NCBI GenBank assembly: GCA_010909165.1
Contig: MU008206.1
Location: forward strand, 248,001-312,000
Direction: 5' to 3'
DNA length: 64,000 nucleotides
Source of the DNA: Anthoceros angustus
Lineage: Eukaryota > Plantae > Anthocerotophyta
The notes beneath the pieces were generated by a model. The model saw only the letters and a program-made list of their open reading frames with translations. It searched no databases and was not told the origin of the DNA. Below are positions 25,357-39,273 of the stretch, piece by piece (within the stretch, counting starts at the first letter, position 1; each line of letters begins with the position of its first letter). A program made the translations under genes and the position numbers.

Positions 25357-27890
25357 TGTTGCGAAATTGCTTTGTGCGGCGAAAAATGGATGGCACAACC
25401 TCGCATGTTTGCGGTGGCACTTGTGGCGGCGTGGGTGGGGCAAATTGGCTTCATCCGCCGAGTCATCGAATGATAAGCTTCCTCGGTCCGTCCTCGGTGG
25501 CGCGTTTTCAATACCAAGTCGTTGGTTCGACCAAGATGGGCATGAGAAGAAGCGGATCAAACTTGTTTTCATGGAGACTCATCCAAATGATTTTTGTCAT
25601 GTACTTGAAAGAAAAATTGAAAGAGTTCATCCCGCACGATTTTGTGCGATGGCAAGGTTGGAATTTTCGCTTGGAGTGGTTCCGATCGATGTTGTCGTCT
25701 GTCATGGACTTGATCGAACTATGCGTTTGGTGTTCAAAACGAAATTCAATCTATGCATTGGCATAATGACCAGTTTCGATTTTTGTCTTGGTGTTCTATA
25801 GGAGGACGGGTCCAATTGATGCAGGAACCGGCTGCTAACATCGACAAATACTATCACTTCTACATCGTGATGATATGGTCCACGATACCTGTTGTACAAA
25901 GACCGCCTCATGTTGCATTGGCGTGGATGCGTGATTCGGGTTTCAGTGCCGGGAACATTGGTGTTGGTCGGATGGGGCAGCTAGTCAATTTAAAGCATGT
26001 AGGCCTTCTTACTTTGTTGCCCGGTACCCTAGCTTGACTGGTGGTTGCAAGATGCTATGGTCGTTCTTTGGCAGTGGGCATGGCAAAGGCGAACATGACG
26101 GAGCAGGTGCAATCTTGAAAAGGGCATTGCGGGCTGCAGAGTCCTCTCCGAATGCTCCTCGACTGCAGTCTGCCTCTGATGTTGTCACCTACTTAAGAGA
26201 GAACATCTCAGCCGGTGCAACAACGTCGTACAGAAGTGGAGAGCATGCTGTCCATAGGAGCTTCTGGCTGATTGGGAAAACTGAGGTGAACAGGAGGAAC
26301 AAGTTTAATTGTGACCCAATACCTGGGTCGAAAAAAATGCATAGCATATATGGTTTCAGCGTTACAGACCCAACTCAACTGAAAATGCGCATGTTGGCAG
26401 CTCAGGCCGACTGCCTTCAAGTCGATTCTGAAACTGCCGGTGGATCCGAGACTCGTATCCATTAGGCCACATGGACAACCCACGGAAGGAGCCCGTACTC
26501 GGAGAAGAGGCCGGGATGTCGAGTCTGGATACCTTCGCCGCTTGCTACTCGGGAGGAACAAGGAGCTTTGGAAACTACCGTTGATGGCCTTGACGATGAT
26601 GCTATGGAGGATGTGGACATGGCCGACCTCCTAGAAGTTGGTGATACGTTTGTTGTGCGAAATTGCTTTGTGTGCGAAACCGGATGGCACAACCTCGCAT
26701 GTTTGCGGGGCACTTGTGGCGTGGGCAAATTTCTGTCCCGAGTCATCGAATGATAAGCTTCCTCGGTCCAGTCCTCGGTGGCGCCGTTTTCAATACCAAG
26801 TCGTTGGTTCGACCAAGATGGGCATGAGAAGAAGCGGATCAAACTTGTTTTCATGGAGACTCATCCAAATGATTTTTGTCATGTACTTGAAAGAAAAATT
26901 GAAAGAGTTCATCCCGCACGATTTTGTGCGATGGCAAGGGTTGGAATTTTCGCTGTTGCTTGGAGTGGTTCCCGATCGATGTTGTCGTCATGGACTTGGA
27001 CTTTAACTATGCGTTTGGTGTTCAAAACGAAATTCAATCTATGCATTGGCATAATGAGTGTTTCGATTTTTGTCTTGGTGTTCTATAGGAGGACGGGTCC
27101 AATTGATGCACAGGAACCCGCTAACATCGACAAATACTATCACTTCTACATCGATGATATGGTCCACGATACGTTTGTACAAAGACCGCCTCATGTTGCA
27201 TTGGCGTGGATGCGTGATTCGGGTTTCAGTGCCGGGAACATTGGTGTTGGTCCGATGGGGCAGCTAGTCAATTTAAAGCATGTAGGCCTTCTTACTTTGT
27301 TGCGGTACCCTAGCTTGACTGGTGGTTGCAAGATGCTATGGTCGTTGGGGCATGGCAAAGGCGAACATGACGAGCAGTGCAATCTTGAAAAGGGCATTGC
27401 TGCAGAGTCCTCTCCGAATGCTCCTCGATCCCCGATGTTGTCACCTACTTAAGAGAGAACATCGGTGCAACAACGTCGCATAAGTGGAGAGCATGTCCAT
27501 AGGAGCTCTGATTGGGAAAAGCGAGGTGAGCAGGAGGAACAAGTTTAATTGTGACCCAACAGGTCAAAAAATGCATAGCATATATGGTTTCGGCCATGAC
27601 CCAACTCAATCGAAAATGCGCATGTTGGTGCCGTCGTCAAGTGATTCTCTATGTGAAACTGTCGCCCATGCAGGGATCTGGAGACTCGTATCCGTTAGGC
27701 CACATGGACAACCCACGGGAGGAGCCCGTACTCGGAGAAGAGGCCGGGATGTCGAGTCGTGATACCGCTTGCTACTCAGGAGGAACAAGGAGCTTTGGAA
27801 AATACCGTTGATGGCCTTGACGATGATGCTGTGGAGGATGTGTCGGACATGGCCGACCTCCTAGAAGTTGGTGATACGTTTGTTGTGCAC
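25357..27890 (+). repeat. Tandem duplication of about 1.25-1.3 kb of the transposase core
   Basis: The block from GCGAAATTGCTTTGTG to CTAGAAGTTGGTGATACGTTTGTTGTGC occurs twice (about 25357-26659 and 26655-27888). Confidence 0.88.
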
Positions 27891-29299
27891 GACATCAAGA
27901 CGAGGGGCAATTGTTTTACCTTGTGCACACGCTTGAAGCAAACCCTCTGTAACAAGTGGTGCCCTTGGAGCAACTCAACATTCCGAGTGGGAGAAGTGGT
28001 TGTCTCGTGGCGATTACACACTCCACACGACGGCGCGGCCCTGTACACATTGAAGAGAATGAGGAGTGCACCCTTCATGCCGATCGTGTCCTAAGTTGCA
28101 AGATTGAATTGCGGGTGTACGATAGTGAAGGTGTGGAGTGCTATTCTTTAGAGGGGAAGCTCTCGTGAGTGACCACCTTGGTAAGAGAAAGCAACTCGAG
28201 CCTTGTGCTAGAAAGCACATGTGCGTAATGATTGGTCTCCCTCTATTGTACGAGGCCCACGTTTGGCAAACATAACCACGCGACCACCAAGCTGGTCACT
28301 AACTATTTGCTCACTAACCGTTGTCACTAACTGTGGCGCCAGTGCACGAAGTTATTTTGCAAATGGGTCTTGTCCATGTTAACACGTTGATACATGGCTT
28401 CTTTAGGGGTCTGAAGGTCCAAGCGGGATGCACATAGATATGCCGCTTGCATTCATGCAAAACACTTATTCCGTGGAATTTGCTTACAAGGGCATTTGCA
28501 TTAAAAGTTGAGTTCTGGTCTCGGGACACATGATTATCCGCCACACGTCAAGCCCACTTTCGCCAATTGACCCCCACGTGGTGTCCAGGCCTTGTCCTTG
28601 GTGGCACATAGTCTGGCTTTAAATGGCGTGATACCACAACTGGGGTCAGTCACATCCGCCTCTACACAGGGAATGCAATGGCCGCCATGTGCTCTAACTT
28701 GGGTCTTGTGATTTGTCGAACCCTGCCGCAGCTCCTCTGGTTCCGCCCTTGATCTGGGAGAAGCCATGGGCAGCCGAGGCAAGGAGCTTGATGGAAGCGA
28801 AGGTTTTGGCCGCAATGCGGTTCCAAGATCGACGGCGCGGCGGCGGGTCATCGGGCTTCGAAGAGGGAGCGTGGATGCGCCATATGCCGGAAGACCTCAA
28901 GTCGCTCGAATTGCGAGGAAGGGATGTCGACCGTGTTGTTGAGGATGATTGTGACATGGCGTGTTATAGACAATGAATCAAGGATGGCGGTGGAAAGTGG
29001 CGACTCTTGATGGCGCGGGTTTGCCACGCAATGGAAGCATGCTGTTAGCTACGGTCTTGTGATTGGGGCCGTCTTCCACATTGCTGGATAGCCTGGACAT
29101 GGCGCGTGCATGTTGTTGTGCCGAAGCCCTTGTAGGCGGCAGCGTGCTTGGATGTAGTTGTTACCCAAGTCTCGTAACTTGATCCCTCCCCAGGCTGTGT
29201 ACCAGAGTTGGAAAGGATGTTGTGTGGCATGTGCTAATGCAAGACGGGGTGAAGGCATGTTTCGTTAATGTCAAGTGCAGAGGTAAATCTTGTTGCCTC

Positions 29300-32200
29300 A
29301 TGTCGGCAAGTTTATCAGTGACCATTGTATGTGGATCAACCAAAAAGAAAACGGGCCTCCTTAACAACCCTACATTTAGGCATGGGTGCCTAGAAACTCA
29401 AAACCACGCACAGGTGCCGACCATACCAGCCAAGACAATCACTTGACCTCAAGTCCCTCCTTGTCATGCTCCCTCTTAGCCACCCAGTATATTTGGCGAT
29501 TGTGGGGGGCTCACCAATACACTGGATGTCTTGGGTAGCCTTCGGGATGGCATCATCAAGTTTGTTGCCAAAACCATGTCCTCCTCTATTGCGGTGACCA
29601 TTGTATGTGGATCAACCAAAAAGCGGGCCTCCTTAACAACCCTACATTTAGGCATGGGTGCCTAGAAACTCAAAACCACGCCGCAGACGATTACCCGACC
29701 ATACCAAGACAATCACTTGACCGTAAGTCCCTCCTTGTCATGCTCCCTCTTAGCCACCCGGTCAGATATTTGGCGATTGTGGGGCTCACACTGGATGTCT
29801 TGGGTAGCCTTGGGATGGCGATCACTGAAGTTTGTCGCCAAAACCATGTCCTCCTCAATTGCAGTGGGGTGACCACGGACACCTGAGTTTAGGAGCTGGT
29901 ACACCCCCTCTGAATTTGGCTCCTGCTCGTAATAATAAGCCATGATCACCCTACTGCCAATAGGAAACACCTTGCCGCTTTGCCATGCTTTGTCAGCAAA
30001 CGGCTTGGCTAGGTGGCAGACCGCGTCGATACACTGTAGCACATAGAACTCCACATGCTCTACATTTCCCTTGGGAGCCAGCACCATAAAGTTACTACCT
30101 GCACGGACTGTGTCCGCTCCTATCATAAGACCTTGAGGCATGGGTGGGGCAGGCACTTCATCCACATTCTCTACAGCTGACCACTGAGCACCCTTGTGCT
30201 TCCCACGGATGTTTCTTTTGGGGGCCTGTTTCCCATTCTTCCTTTTCGCCTCCGGCTTCCGAACTTGACGCCGAGGAGGTCTGCCTCCTACCACTACTGC
30301 GCATCGCTCTCCTTTCCTTCATTGGTTTTTCTCGATTCGCCCACGGTGCGCGCGAACTCGTCAACCATTTCAAAAGTCACCATTTCATTCGCAGGCCCAC
30401 CTTCTTCATTGGGCATGATGGGCCCACCACCACTTGCAAGAACACCGTCACGTCGACTGCGGTGAAGAGCACCGACATTGATTCGGGTTGCAAGTATGTT
30501 CCAGATCGATGTGCACCCGCCTCCACATCGCCGGATGCTCCAAAAGTTTTTGATGTTCGCTGATTGAGGCGTCATCCGCAACAACCCTATCTCGCTATAA
30601 CTTGATTGGCACCAATCATCACGGTATCCACGCCACCCTCATGATCTCCACCGCCACCACACCGCTACCAAGCTGGACATCACCGGTTGTCGTCAATGCC
30701 AAATGGACACTTTGGTCCGGCCGTCACTTGCCACATGATCCAAGATATTGGTCACGGTAGAACACCACCGACTCGCCGTCATTACATTTATCAACACATT
30801 CAATTGCGCCACCTCCAAGTTATCACTTGATTCACAAGACTACGGACACCACAACCATTTCATCACCTACATCCACACCTCCACTCGAATACCGGTGGGA
30901 AGGCACCGTTGCATGCAATAAGAGACCGCATACACACCCGTGACCAACGAGAGCGAGGCGCGCCACCGTTGTAGCTTGTCCGTGGCTGGTCATCTGCAGA
31001 ACGGACAAACATGTACTCAAAGTGTAGACAATATCTAGTTTCAACAAAGCAATGCCCTCACAAACCCACACCGATGTCCTTCGAGGAACACGCACATGCC
31101 AACTTGCCGTGCATTCCTCACCAACTTCAACCCTGTGGGGACCTTGTGTCTGGCGGCCTTGGTGGAGTAGGAGCTATGTCCAGAACGGAGGGTCGCTGTG
31201 GTCACCTGTGGGGACAACGTCATCTTCAATTTGTGAGTCTAGCACCATGCACGAGTAATCGCTGCCCAAACATGCGCGAACAACACGAGGCTTTTCCTCC
31301 GGGCATTGGGGTCTGCGAAGGAATTCACGTAGGCTTCATGTGCCTCCTTCGGCCTTGCAAGCAGCAAATTCATCAGCTACACGTGGAGAAATACGTTGAC
31401 ATCGGCCAGTTGGCATAATTGCACCTGGACCAGTTCGATGTCAGATGACAAAGAAAATTTAGTCAGACTTCCAACAAATGAAAATGGACAAGACAACAAA
31501 CACTGGAGAACTGGAACATACATATTGGAGACTCCAAGATTTTTTCTTGGGTGTGGCCAACCAATTCTTCTTGGTGATTGTGACTCAATGTCTTTCCATC
31601 GTGTCATGGTCGCCGGGTCTCCAATGCACTCGAGGAACTCTTTCTCCCAAGTGTCTCGCTGGTCCTGTTCCCATGGAAGGAGCTTCTCCTCTGGTGCTTT
31701 GATCAGCCAACCCTTCGCTCTCAACCATGATGCAGGCACATCAGCATTGCACCCTGGACGTGGGCAGCAACAATGTTTGTCAAGTGCCTGATACAGGCAG
31801 ATATCGTGGAAGCAGTGGCCACATGGAGTGAAGACCATCTCGTTACAGGCGTACCACCTGCCATGACACACATTACACTTTAGGACACACCAGAAGCTTG
31901 CAGCTTTGAAGGAAAACCACTGGTTGCGTGAGAAAGGAATCACCTTGGCCTTGGCACCACATGACTAGGTGGTGCCAAGGCCACCTCCTGTCCGCCAACC
32001 CACCACTACATCACCAAGTCCAAGAACCCATCCACGAAACCATGACATCACCGGCCACCACCGCCACCAACCTACCACTACATCACGAATGCCACCACTG
32101 CCCACCGACCTACCCCTACGACGAAGGCCATAACTGCACACAAGCCATGCACTACATCACCAAGGCCACCAAAAGCTCACGGGACACCCGATATGAACAC

Positions 32201-33400
32201 CAACCAATTCCTCACCATCCCGTCCAAGTGATCACCCACCCTTCCACGGAGAACACATGAGTCACCACCCCTTGAGCACCCCTACCACCACCTCACCATC
32301 CCGTGAACGTCACCAGAGCACCCAACCTGCAGACATCACCATAAGGAAAACATCATGGACACCTCGTCCGTGTGCAAGAAGAATCCACACTTACACAGAC
32401 AAACACTACACGCCGTACACGGGGCATGACTTGGCGGGAGAGGGAGCCGACACCCACGCAGTGATCCATGTTCGCCCATGTTGAACGCTACTGGAGAACA
32501 TCCTCATGTTTTCAAGAGAAGCCGGTGTCCGAGCTTGTTCCTCATGCTTTTTTTTCTCCTTCAACTGTCGAAACACCCTCGGAATATTTAGTTTTGTCAA
32601 GCACGAATTTGAATGTCTGAGTCTCGAATACTCGTCGTCAAGCCCTCCACTATTCATGACCATGTCAAGCTGGACCTTGGTGTTGCCCAAATCCAAGAGT
32701 GCCTCCTCCCCATCTTTTGACAAAACAGCCTCCTCCGCAAAGACAAGCTTCCAACTCGCACTAATTTTTCCAGACCTCATCCATGACAACCTTTGGTGCC
32801 CATGGCTCAAGACACGTAGCTGGCCAGTGTCACTTTTCTCCGCCACTGCAATCAATTGGAGACTCCTCGTCTCCCTTCTTGCCGGCCTCCTCTTCTACAT
32901 TCTTTGCGGAGGTCCGTCCTTCTTCATGGCCTTCGTGCTTCCTCTTCCAACTCGAGAGCTCCGAGATTGCTGGGAGGATCGCCGTGGTCGTTCTCCGGCT
33001 CACCGAGTGGAACACTCTTCCACATCAACCTCCGCCTCCTGCATCATCACCGCCACCACAGTTGTGAAGAATCGTTGTATTCTCTGCAGATGGGACTTCC
33101 ACACTGTGATTTCTTCTCCATCGCATCCGCCTTATCCTCTTCTCAGCCTAAATAGTACTCAAACCAATTCACACGCTTGCCAAGCTTCTTCTCGATTAGG
33201 AACCCAAGTGCCACAAACCGTGGCACCCTTTGCGATGCAGCCGTGGAGCCCGCCCATACTGACTTCTCAACAAGACTATCAACATCGTCCACTCTATGTC
33301 GACAAGAGGTCTGTGATCCCCAAGAGGTATCCATCGTTCCCATTAGTGACATCCCCAAAATGCCTCTTGATCTCATCTTCACCTCCAATAGCCTCCTTTA
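29300..33400 (-). pseudogene. Accessory gene of Sola2-like copy 1: helical N-terminal region, coiled coil, RING-H2 finger, basic patch, C-terminal beta-rich domain
   Basis: RVDDVDSLVEK..VPRFVALGFLIEK (about 33290-33185), coiled-coil-like exon 32406-32855, RING CNVC..CGHCFHDIC..CPRPGC (about 31880-31745), KPEAKRKNGK, VRAGSNFMV..EFYVLQC..IMAYYY (about 30110-29900). The N-terminal block, RING and last domain have sequence counterparts in copy 2; the coiled coil and basic patch match in position only. Exon limits are approximate. Confidence 0.75.
29318..29862. repeat. Tandem duplication of about 277 bp
   Basis: GTGACCATTGTATGTGGATCAACC...GCCAAAACCATGTCCTCCTC occurs twice. Confidence 0.85.
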
Positions 33401-33689
33401 GTCCAACTGTAGTTCAAAGACATCTCACATTCACACCGTAGTTGACAATTCCATATCACCGTAGTGCCAACACCAATGCCCCCCGAATTTTTCAGAATGT
33501 CGTGTCCTTGCAGCCGCAGACACCTTTGCGCTCTATCCAACCTAGCCTTCACCGCGCCTAGCGCCTCGCCCATCTTGCTTGCACAGAGGCGCTTGACACA
33601 CCACCGGGTATCGCGACCGCTCCGCCACACGCCGAGCCTTCACCCTACTCGTTGCTAGTGACATGGTGTCCTTCACCTCACGGCTGCGC

Positions 33690-34160
33690 CTTGTCCGCAC
33701 CCACTCCCGCTTGGCACACACGCGCTCCTCGTTCGAAGGCGGATCGCCGCACGGCGAACCCAAACGCCTTCCGCACAAACCCACCGCCTATTGCCCGCAC
33801 CACCGAGCTCCCAACCGTAGAAACTTTACGACTCCAAGCGGGTTCTGCGACGCCACCGCCACACCTACTATTCGCGCGAGAGCTCTAGCGAAGACATATA
33901 GGGACTCACCGGGAAAACCTCGGTGGCTGCCTCGAGTTCGCCGCACCACTCCCGCTTGGCCGCACCACAACGCCCACGCTCCACGAAAAGGCCGCTGCAC
34001 GACGGACCCAAACGCCCGCAGCCACCGCCCGCCGCACCACCGAGCTACCAACCGGCTGAAGAACGGTTCACCCCCAAGCGACCTGCGCACAATCACCGTC
34101 ACACACCACCTATTGCCCGACGACATAGCTCTAGCAAAACCCATGTAGGGACTCCACATG
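33690..34160. repeat. Diverged tandem duplication of about 245 bp upstream of the accessory gene
   Basis: CCACTCCCGCTTGGC, CGCACCACCGAGCT, GCTCTAGC and TAGGGACTC each recur at about 240-247 bp spacing. Confidence 0.7.
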
Positions 34161-34572
34161 GTGACAATCCTCACTGCCGTCAAGGTTGAGCTCATTCGTG
34201 ATGCATGCACAAATCCAATGCTTGTGAGTCTCAACATTAGGAGCACGGTGATGGAAGTGGATAACCTCATTATCACCCTTAAAAGTCAACGAGCATCCCG
34301 CTGCTTCCGCCTCCGCCTCACACTTACGAGTTTGTATAATAAATTGTCCCTAGCATATATAGCAAGACTTAAACCAATAATATATCAAATAAATCAATTT
34401 TCCAAATAAAAAATTAAATATATCTATGAAGTTAAAACGAATAGCCCTAAAAATATCGGTCAAAATGGGCATAATTTCAATTGTTAAAAAATCTGAACGT
34501 AATGCAAAACACCACTTAGAGACGGTTTCGCCCGTTTCCGAAATTAGTGGTCACCTAACCATGCTCACACCC

Positions 34573-37400
34573 ATTCATCCTGAATTGAAGGAAGCCAGTG
34601 GTGTTTATCCTGACCAGTTATTGCCTCCTGATATGTGCGAGGTTCTGCTGGGTGGATGCTGCTGGTGGAGAGAACTTCACAAAACCGAGCAGATCGAGGA
34701 ATCCTGAAATCCTCAGATTCATAGGGCCTTGTGTTCCAATTTTCCCTTGATGGACGAGATCTGCTGGAATGCCTGCGCTCTTCAACAAGCTGGTTCGAGT
34801 TAAGGTTGGTTCCTCGTGAGTTCCTACGGCAGTTGCACAACAAAATCTTGATTTGGTGTATACGCATGGTATCCTCGAGCTCATGTTCCACAGGGAGTGG
34901 AGAGTGGACCACGGCAGCGTCAGGTATAGGGAATGCAGAAACATCAACCTGGTCCATAACATCCGCTGGTATAAGCCAGTCTTTGCGAGCAGCGGTTGTG
35001 GTTGGTGTCTGAGCCAGGCGGGTGTCTTGATGAGGCTGCATTTCACCCCCAGACGGTGCTGTTGATCAAAACGAGGAGCAGGAGGCGGTTCATATGCAGC
35101 ATCTTGAGGATATTCAGAGGGGAATTCATCAAAATCATCAGGGTCCAAGGGAGAGGCTGCTGAAGTGGTAGTCAAAGAAGGAGGAGCCTGCAGTTCCTTG
35201 AAGGTGACACTACGGGCAAATATAGAAGACCTGGAGTGAGGATCATAGAGCTTATAGGCTTTTGTCTCCTCACCATAACCAACAAACACGAGAGGTCGAG
35301 CCCTATCCTCAAGCTTCCTGCGCTGTTCTTCATGGATGTAAGCATAGGCAGGTGAACCGAATACTCGAAGGTGAAGCAAACTAGGTTTGCGCTTCCAGAT
35401 CATCTCGAAGGGAGTCCGGTCAGGGACTGCAGAAGTGAGTAGCCGATTGAGAATATAGGTGGCAGTGACAACTGCCTCTGCCCAGTAAGCTTTACTGAGC
35501 CCCGAGCCAACATACTCCGGGTCATACTGAGGAGAGTCTGATTGCGGCGTTACGCTCGCCCCATTACATTCTTGAGTATATGGAATCGAGGCGGGCGGCT
35601 GCACGGTGCAAGATACTCATCGAACGATTTACGAACTCTGTGCTTGCTCGATCTTAAGCGTGAGGTGAGTCCCAGTCTGTCTCTGTATCATTGTGAGCCA
35701 CTCTTGGAATAGCAGGAAAGTATCTGATTTTTGCTTGAGTGGGTATGTCCAAGAATACCGACTAAAATCATCGGTAAGTGTGAGGTAGTAAAGAGAACCT
35801 CCCAAGGACTGCACACGAATCTTCCCAGAGATGTCTGCATGTACTAGGTCCAGTATAGCAGAAGACCTATGAGCCAGAGTAGCAGGAAAAGGTAACTCTT
35901 TTTGCTTGGCCACTATGCATGCATCACAAAGAGGAAGGTCTTGGAAGCATTTGGGAAGAGGCTCCCGATAACATTCCAGGTTGGACATCTTAACCAACTT
36001 ATCCTTGTTAGCATGACCAAGACGGGCATGCCAGAGTTGTGCTAAAGCAGCCTGAGACCGAGCGACGAGATGGACACTTTTAACAGGGAGACACTGCATG
36101 TCTAGCCTGTATAGATCCTGCACAAGTAAGCCCTGGGCAACAACAGAGGAGAATCTAGACTCGCTAAGTGTCCATCCAGTAGCAGTGAATTTAAGCTCTA
36201 AATTCTTGAGCTGCATCAACTGGCTAACAGAGAGTAGGTGCTTTGCCATGTCAGGTACAAAGAGGACATGGTCAACTGGAAGATCTGGCCATTCGACTGC
36301 CGGAAAGAGCAAGAGCCACGACCAAGAATTTTTAGACCTGTCCTGGTGAGTTCATCTCCCAGAAGGATTCTTTCAGCTGTATGAAGAGGTGTGAAATTTC
36401 GCATCAATTTTCTATTATGGCAAACGTGTGCTGTTGCTCCTGAATCGAGATACCAGGCATCATCAAGCCTGGAAGCTGCAGACAGGCAAACAGTCAGTAC
36501 CACGGGTTGTTTGCTAGTGGAAGAAGCCTTTGTCGGCTTGTCCTTGGAAACCGCATGAGCCTCAAACGTTCGGTTAGCTTTCTCGGCCTTTTTGGGTTCT
36601 CCAGACTTCTTTTTTCTACACTCTCGTTCCCAGTGACCGAGAGAACCACACCAGTTGCAGGAGCCTTGCCTTTTGATCTGTCCTGGCCTTGAATCTTTCG
36701 AAGACCCAGCTACAGACAAGTTTTTGCCTCTGCCTTGTGGTTTGAATTTGGTTGTATAAAGTACTTTGTCAGTTTTGATGCGACCAGAGTTGGAATGGAG
36801 TTGACGGGACTGCTCTTCCTGAAAGAGGGCGCCAACAACATCTGCAAAGTTGATCATGATCTGTGTCAGAGCAGCCTTGCCCCTCGAGTGTGGCACCATA
36901 GCGGTGACAAAGGACCTGTAGTCAAGGGTGAAGGCTTGTTAGAAGTCAGATACAATCGCATCAAGTTCGGGCATGGGAAAGCCAAGAGAGATCAGGTTGG
37001 CTCGAAGTTGTCTGAACTTCATCACGAAAGCAGCAACCTTTTCCCCTTCACGCATGCGCAGAGTGAAGAGTTCGCCCCGACAAAGATGCAGGGTAAGCAC
37101 GTTCTTCACGTCAGACGTCATTAATTGTGTCGGATGTCTTCAGCTTTAGTGAGGAAAGCCACATCAGGTACTAACACCTCGCCGTGCCACTTATTGAGTG
37201 CGGCGTGCGCTGGCATTCTCCCATCCGCCCGGTCGTGGAGGAGAAGTAAAGCTGGTTGTTGAATCGCCTCACAACGCTCCACACATGCCGAGCATCAAGG
37301 GCTGCACGCATGCGGACGCTCCACACAGGGTATTTAGTTCCATTGAACCTGTCACGTTCCTTGAACTCTATTGTGTATGTTGGCTGGTATGTGGAGAAGG
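34573..37400 (-). pseudogene. Copia A gag, protease, integrase and start of RT
   Basis: FKERDRFNGTKYPVWSVRM, CNWCGSLGHWEREC, WYLDSGATAHVC, LWHARLGH, LVHADISG..LTDDFSRYSWTY, YWAEAVVTATYILNR, EPRTYQEA. Confidence 0.95.
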
Positions 37401-39068
37401 GTGGCATCAAGGCAGCCTGCTGTGCCAACGATGTGTTTGGCAGAGATGGTAGTGGAAGTCCTTGCCCAGCCAGAGGTCCTTGTCCAAGCCCTGTTCCTTG
37501 CCCACTCACGGGATTTCCATACCCGACTCCATATCCGACTCCATATCCGGGGATTGGCGAATCCGACTCCATATCCCGGCAGGGGATTGGCGAATCCAGC
37601 TCCTGATGTAGGCAAAGGATTCCCATATCCCGCTCCGAGGGATGGCAGGGGGTTGAAATACCGTGCAGCGGAGAAACTTGGGTAGGAAAAGGCACCAGGT
37701 GCATGGACGGAGGAAGGCTGCTCCGCATCGAAGTACGGTGTCAGAGCAAAGTTCGTAAATGCAGGATTACTCGACCTATGGTGCCTACGGAATTGCTGGA
37801 GTTGTTGTTGGTTCCTGAGTTTCCTGCCGTGTTTGCTACAGGCATGAAGGTTCCCAACGCTCCATTTGTTGGAGAGCCCGGTATAAAAGCGCCATGCCAG
37901 ATGTGTTGCGCGCCAAGGCGCTGGGCCGCGGAGGCGCCTTCACCCGGCATCGCCGCAAAGAACTCGATCTCGAGAGCCCAAGATCATCGCATCGGCCGTG
38001 TCTCCGAATTTTCAGCCATGTTTTTGGTGCAAAGTCAAAAGTGGTTCCTTCCGATTGTGTTTCCGGCGAGACGGATTCGACGATGTCGATGGTGGCGGTT
38101 GAAGGACGAACCGGCAAAGTTGGTGCCGCTTGAGTCCTGCCTGCTTGCCGCTTGGAGAGCCCGTCTTTAGACTGATGCTCACGTTGCCGTCCCTTCGCAG
38201 ATGCAGAAAGAAACCCTACTCGCGATGCTTCGGATCTCCCTTTGCTTTGTTGCAGATTTTGCAAAGCAAAGGATCGGGCGATGCCCGCTCAGGTCACAGG
38301 ATGGTGCGCCGATAGCCGTCGGCTATGGGGCCATCGCTAATCTCAAAATCCTCACTGAATCTCTTAACCAAGGCACTCAATTGTTCCTTAATCTCGTTGA
38401 TTTCCAGGAAAATTTGCCCTGTAAGATATTGTGTTCGCGTCGTATGCCTGTACAGCATCACTTGGAGGTCTCCTAAGTTAGCAACTGGTTCATCAGGCAC
38501 CTCACTAAGCAAGTGAAGCCGGGAGGCTTCCACTGCGAGGTTGTGCCTAGATGCGTGTTCACGACTGTTTTGTGGGTGTCGTCTGTCCTGTTGCGGTATC
38601 CTTAATCTGACTTCTATGTCAGGATAATTTGGAGCACTCGACAGCCTTTGACGCCTGGGGGCCTGGGCTCGTGAAGTTCTGGTCACTTGAGAATTTGTGG
38701 GAATTTGTGTTGAACGCCTCTGGCGATCCCTTTCCCTAAAGTTGAAGAAACTTCGCGTGCCAGGCTCCCTATTTCTATTCCGACGAGACATTTTGCACCA
38801 AAGATATATTCTGCATATCTCTCTCAGCATTGCAGCGGAAACGTTTTTGTGTGCCAATGGAAAATTAAGAAATTCCCCATCTGTGGAATTGGCACTAAAA
38901 ACTAATTTGCTATTTTGATGAAGGAAAGAAACTACTGAGAAATGTAGGGCGATAATGCGTAAGATCTATATATGGTAGACATATTAGATTATGCACATTG
39001 TCGCATCCTGCACTTCTTAATAGTGATACCTTTCATGAAAATCTATGCAAATATAAAATATCGACGAT

Positions 39069-39079
39069 GCTCGATACCA
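39069..39079 (-). promoter_or_regulatory. Primer-binding site (tRNA-iMet) of copia A
   Basis: Minus-strand TGGTATCGAGC (one base short of TGGTATCAGAGC) adjoins the 5' LTR. Confidence 0.88.
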
Positions 39080-39268
39080 TGATGTAAACGCTAGGGAGAG
39101 ACAGCAAACTTGATAACAACAATAATTATTAAATAAGTTTACAAAGAGGTGTCCTTATATACTAAACCCTGAAAGATTACTACACAACCCTTCATTATAT
39201 ATATAACCCTAATCTAGGTAGCTAGGTAACTAGTGCCCGTGGTTACTAATAACCCTCGGGGTTTAACA
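39080..39268 (-). repeat. 5' LTR of copia A
   Basis: Direct repeat of 13095-13277. Confidence 0.93.
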
Positions 39269-39273
39269 AATGA

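Larger units (their letters stand above)
23760..28170 (+). pseudogene. Sola2-like DDD transposase of copy 1 (intron-containing, frameshifted, partly duplicated; N-terminus probably at about 15650-16040)
   Basis: RKLRSDVISDDVK..HIIHFLDTS, a probable intron at about 24140-25030, then ISIGQRTFEKLKPYFVK, a Cys-rich region, VMD..NYAFGVQNEIQSMHWHND, YHFYI.DD..HDT and WSFFGSGHGKGEHDGAGAILKRALR. Confidence 0.85.
15188..34572 (+). mobile_element. Sola2-like DNA transposon, copy 1 (about 11.7 kb without nested copia B)
   Basis: 4-bp TSD ATTC at 15184-15187 and 34573-34576. Imperfect TIRs GGGTGTCCGCACGCTTTGGTGGCAC and reverse-complement GGGTGTGAGCATGGTTAGGTGACCAC. Removal restores copia RT ...QDE-YNSL.... 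It contains a transposase with QNEIQSMHW and GHGKGEHDG motifs. Boundaries are firm; the Sola2 label is from motif recall. Confidence 0.85.
13095..39268 (-). mobile_element. Ty1/copia LTR retrotransposon A (about 6.8 kb without nested elements)
   Basis: LTRs at 13095-13277 and 39080-39268 with TG...CA ends. 5-bp TSD AATGA at 13090-13094 and 39269-39273. PBS at 39069-39079. Domain order is gag-PR-IN-RT-RH on the minus strand. Confidence 0.95.

Noticed and set aside
31377-31943. Stand-alone host RING E3 ligase gene
   Set aside because: It lies within TIR/TSD-defined transposon ends and has a counterpart at the same relative position in the second element.
32506-33441. 311-aa plus-strand ORF
   Set aside because: It is antisense to accessory-gene exons whose minus-strand peptides match copy 2.
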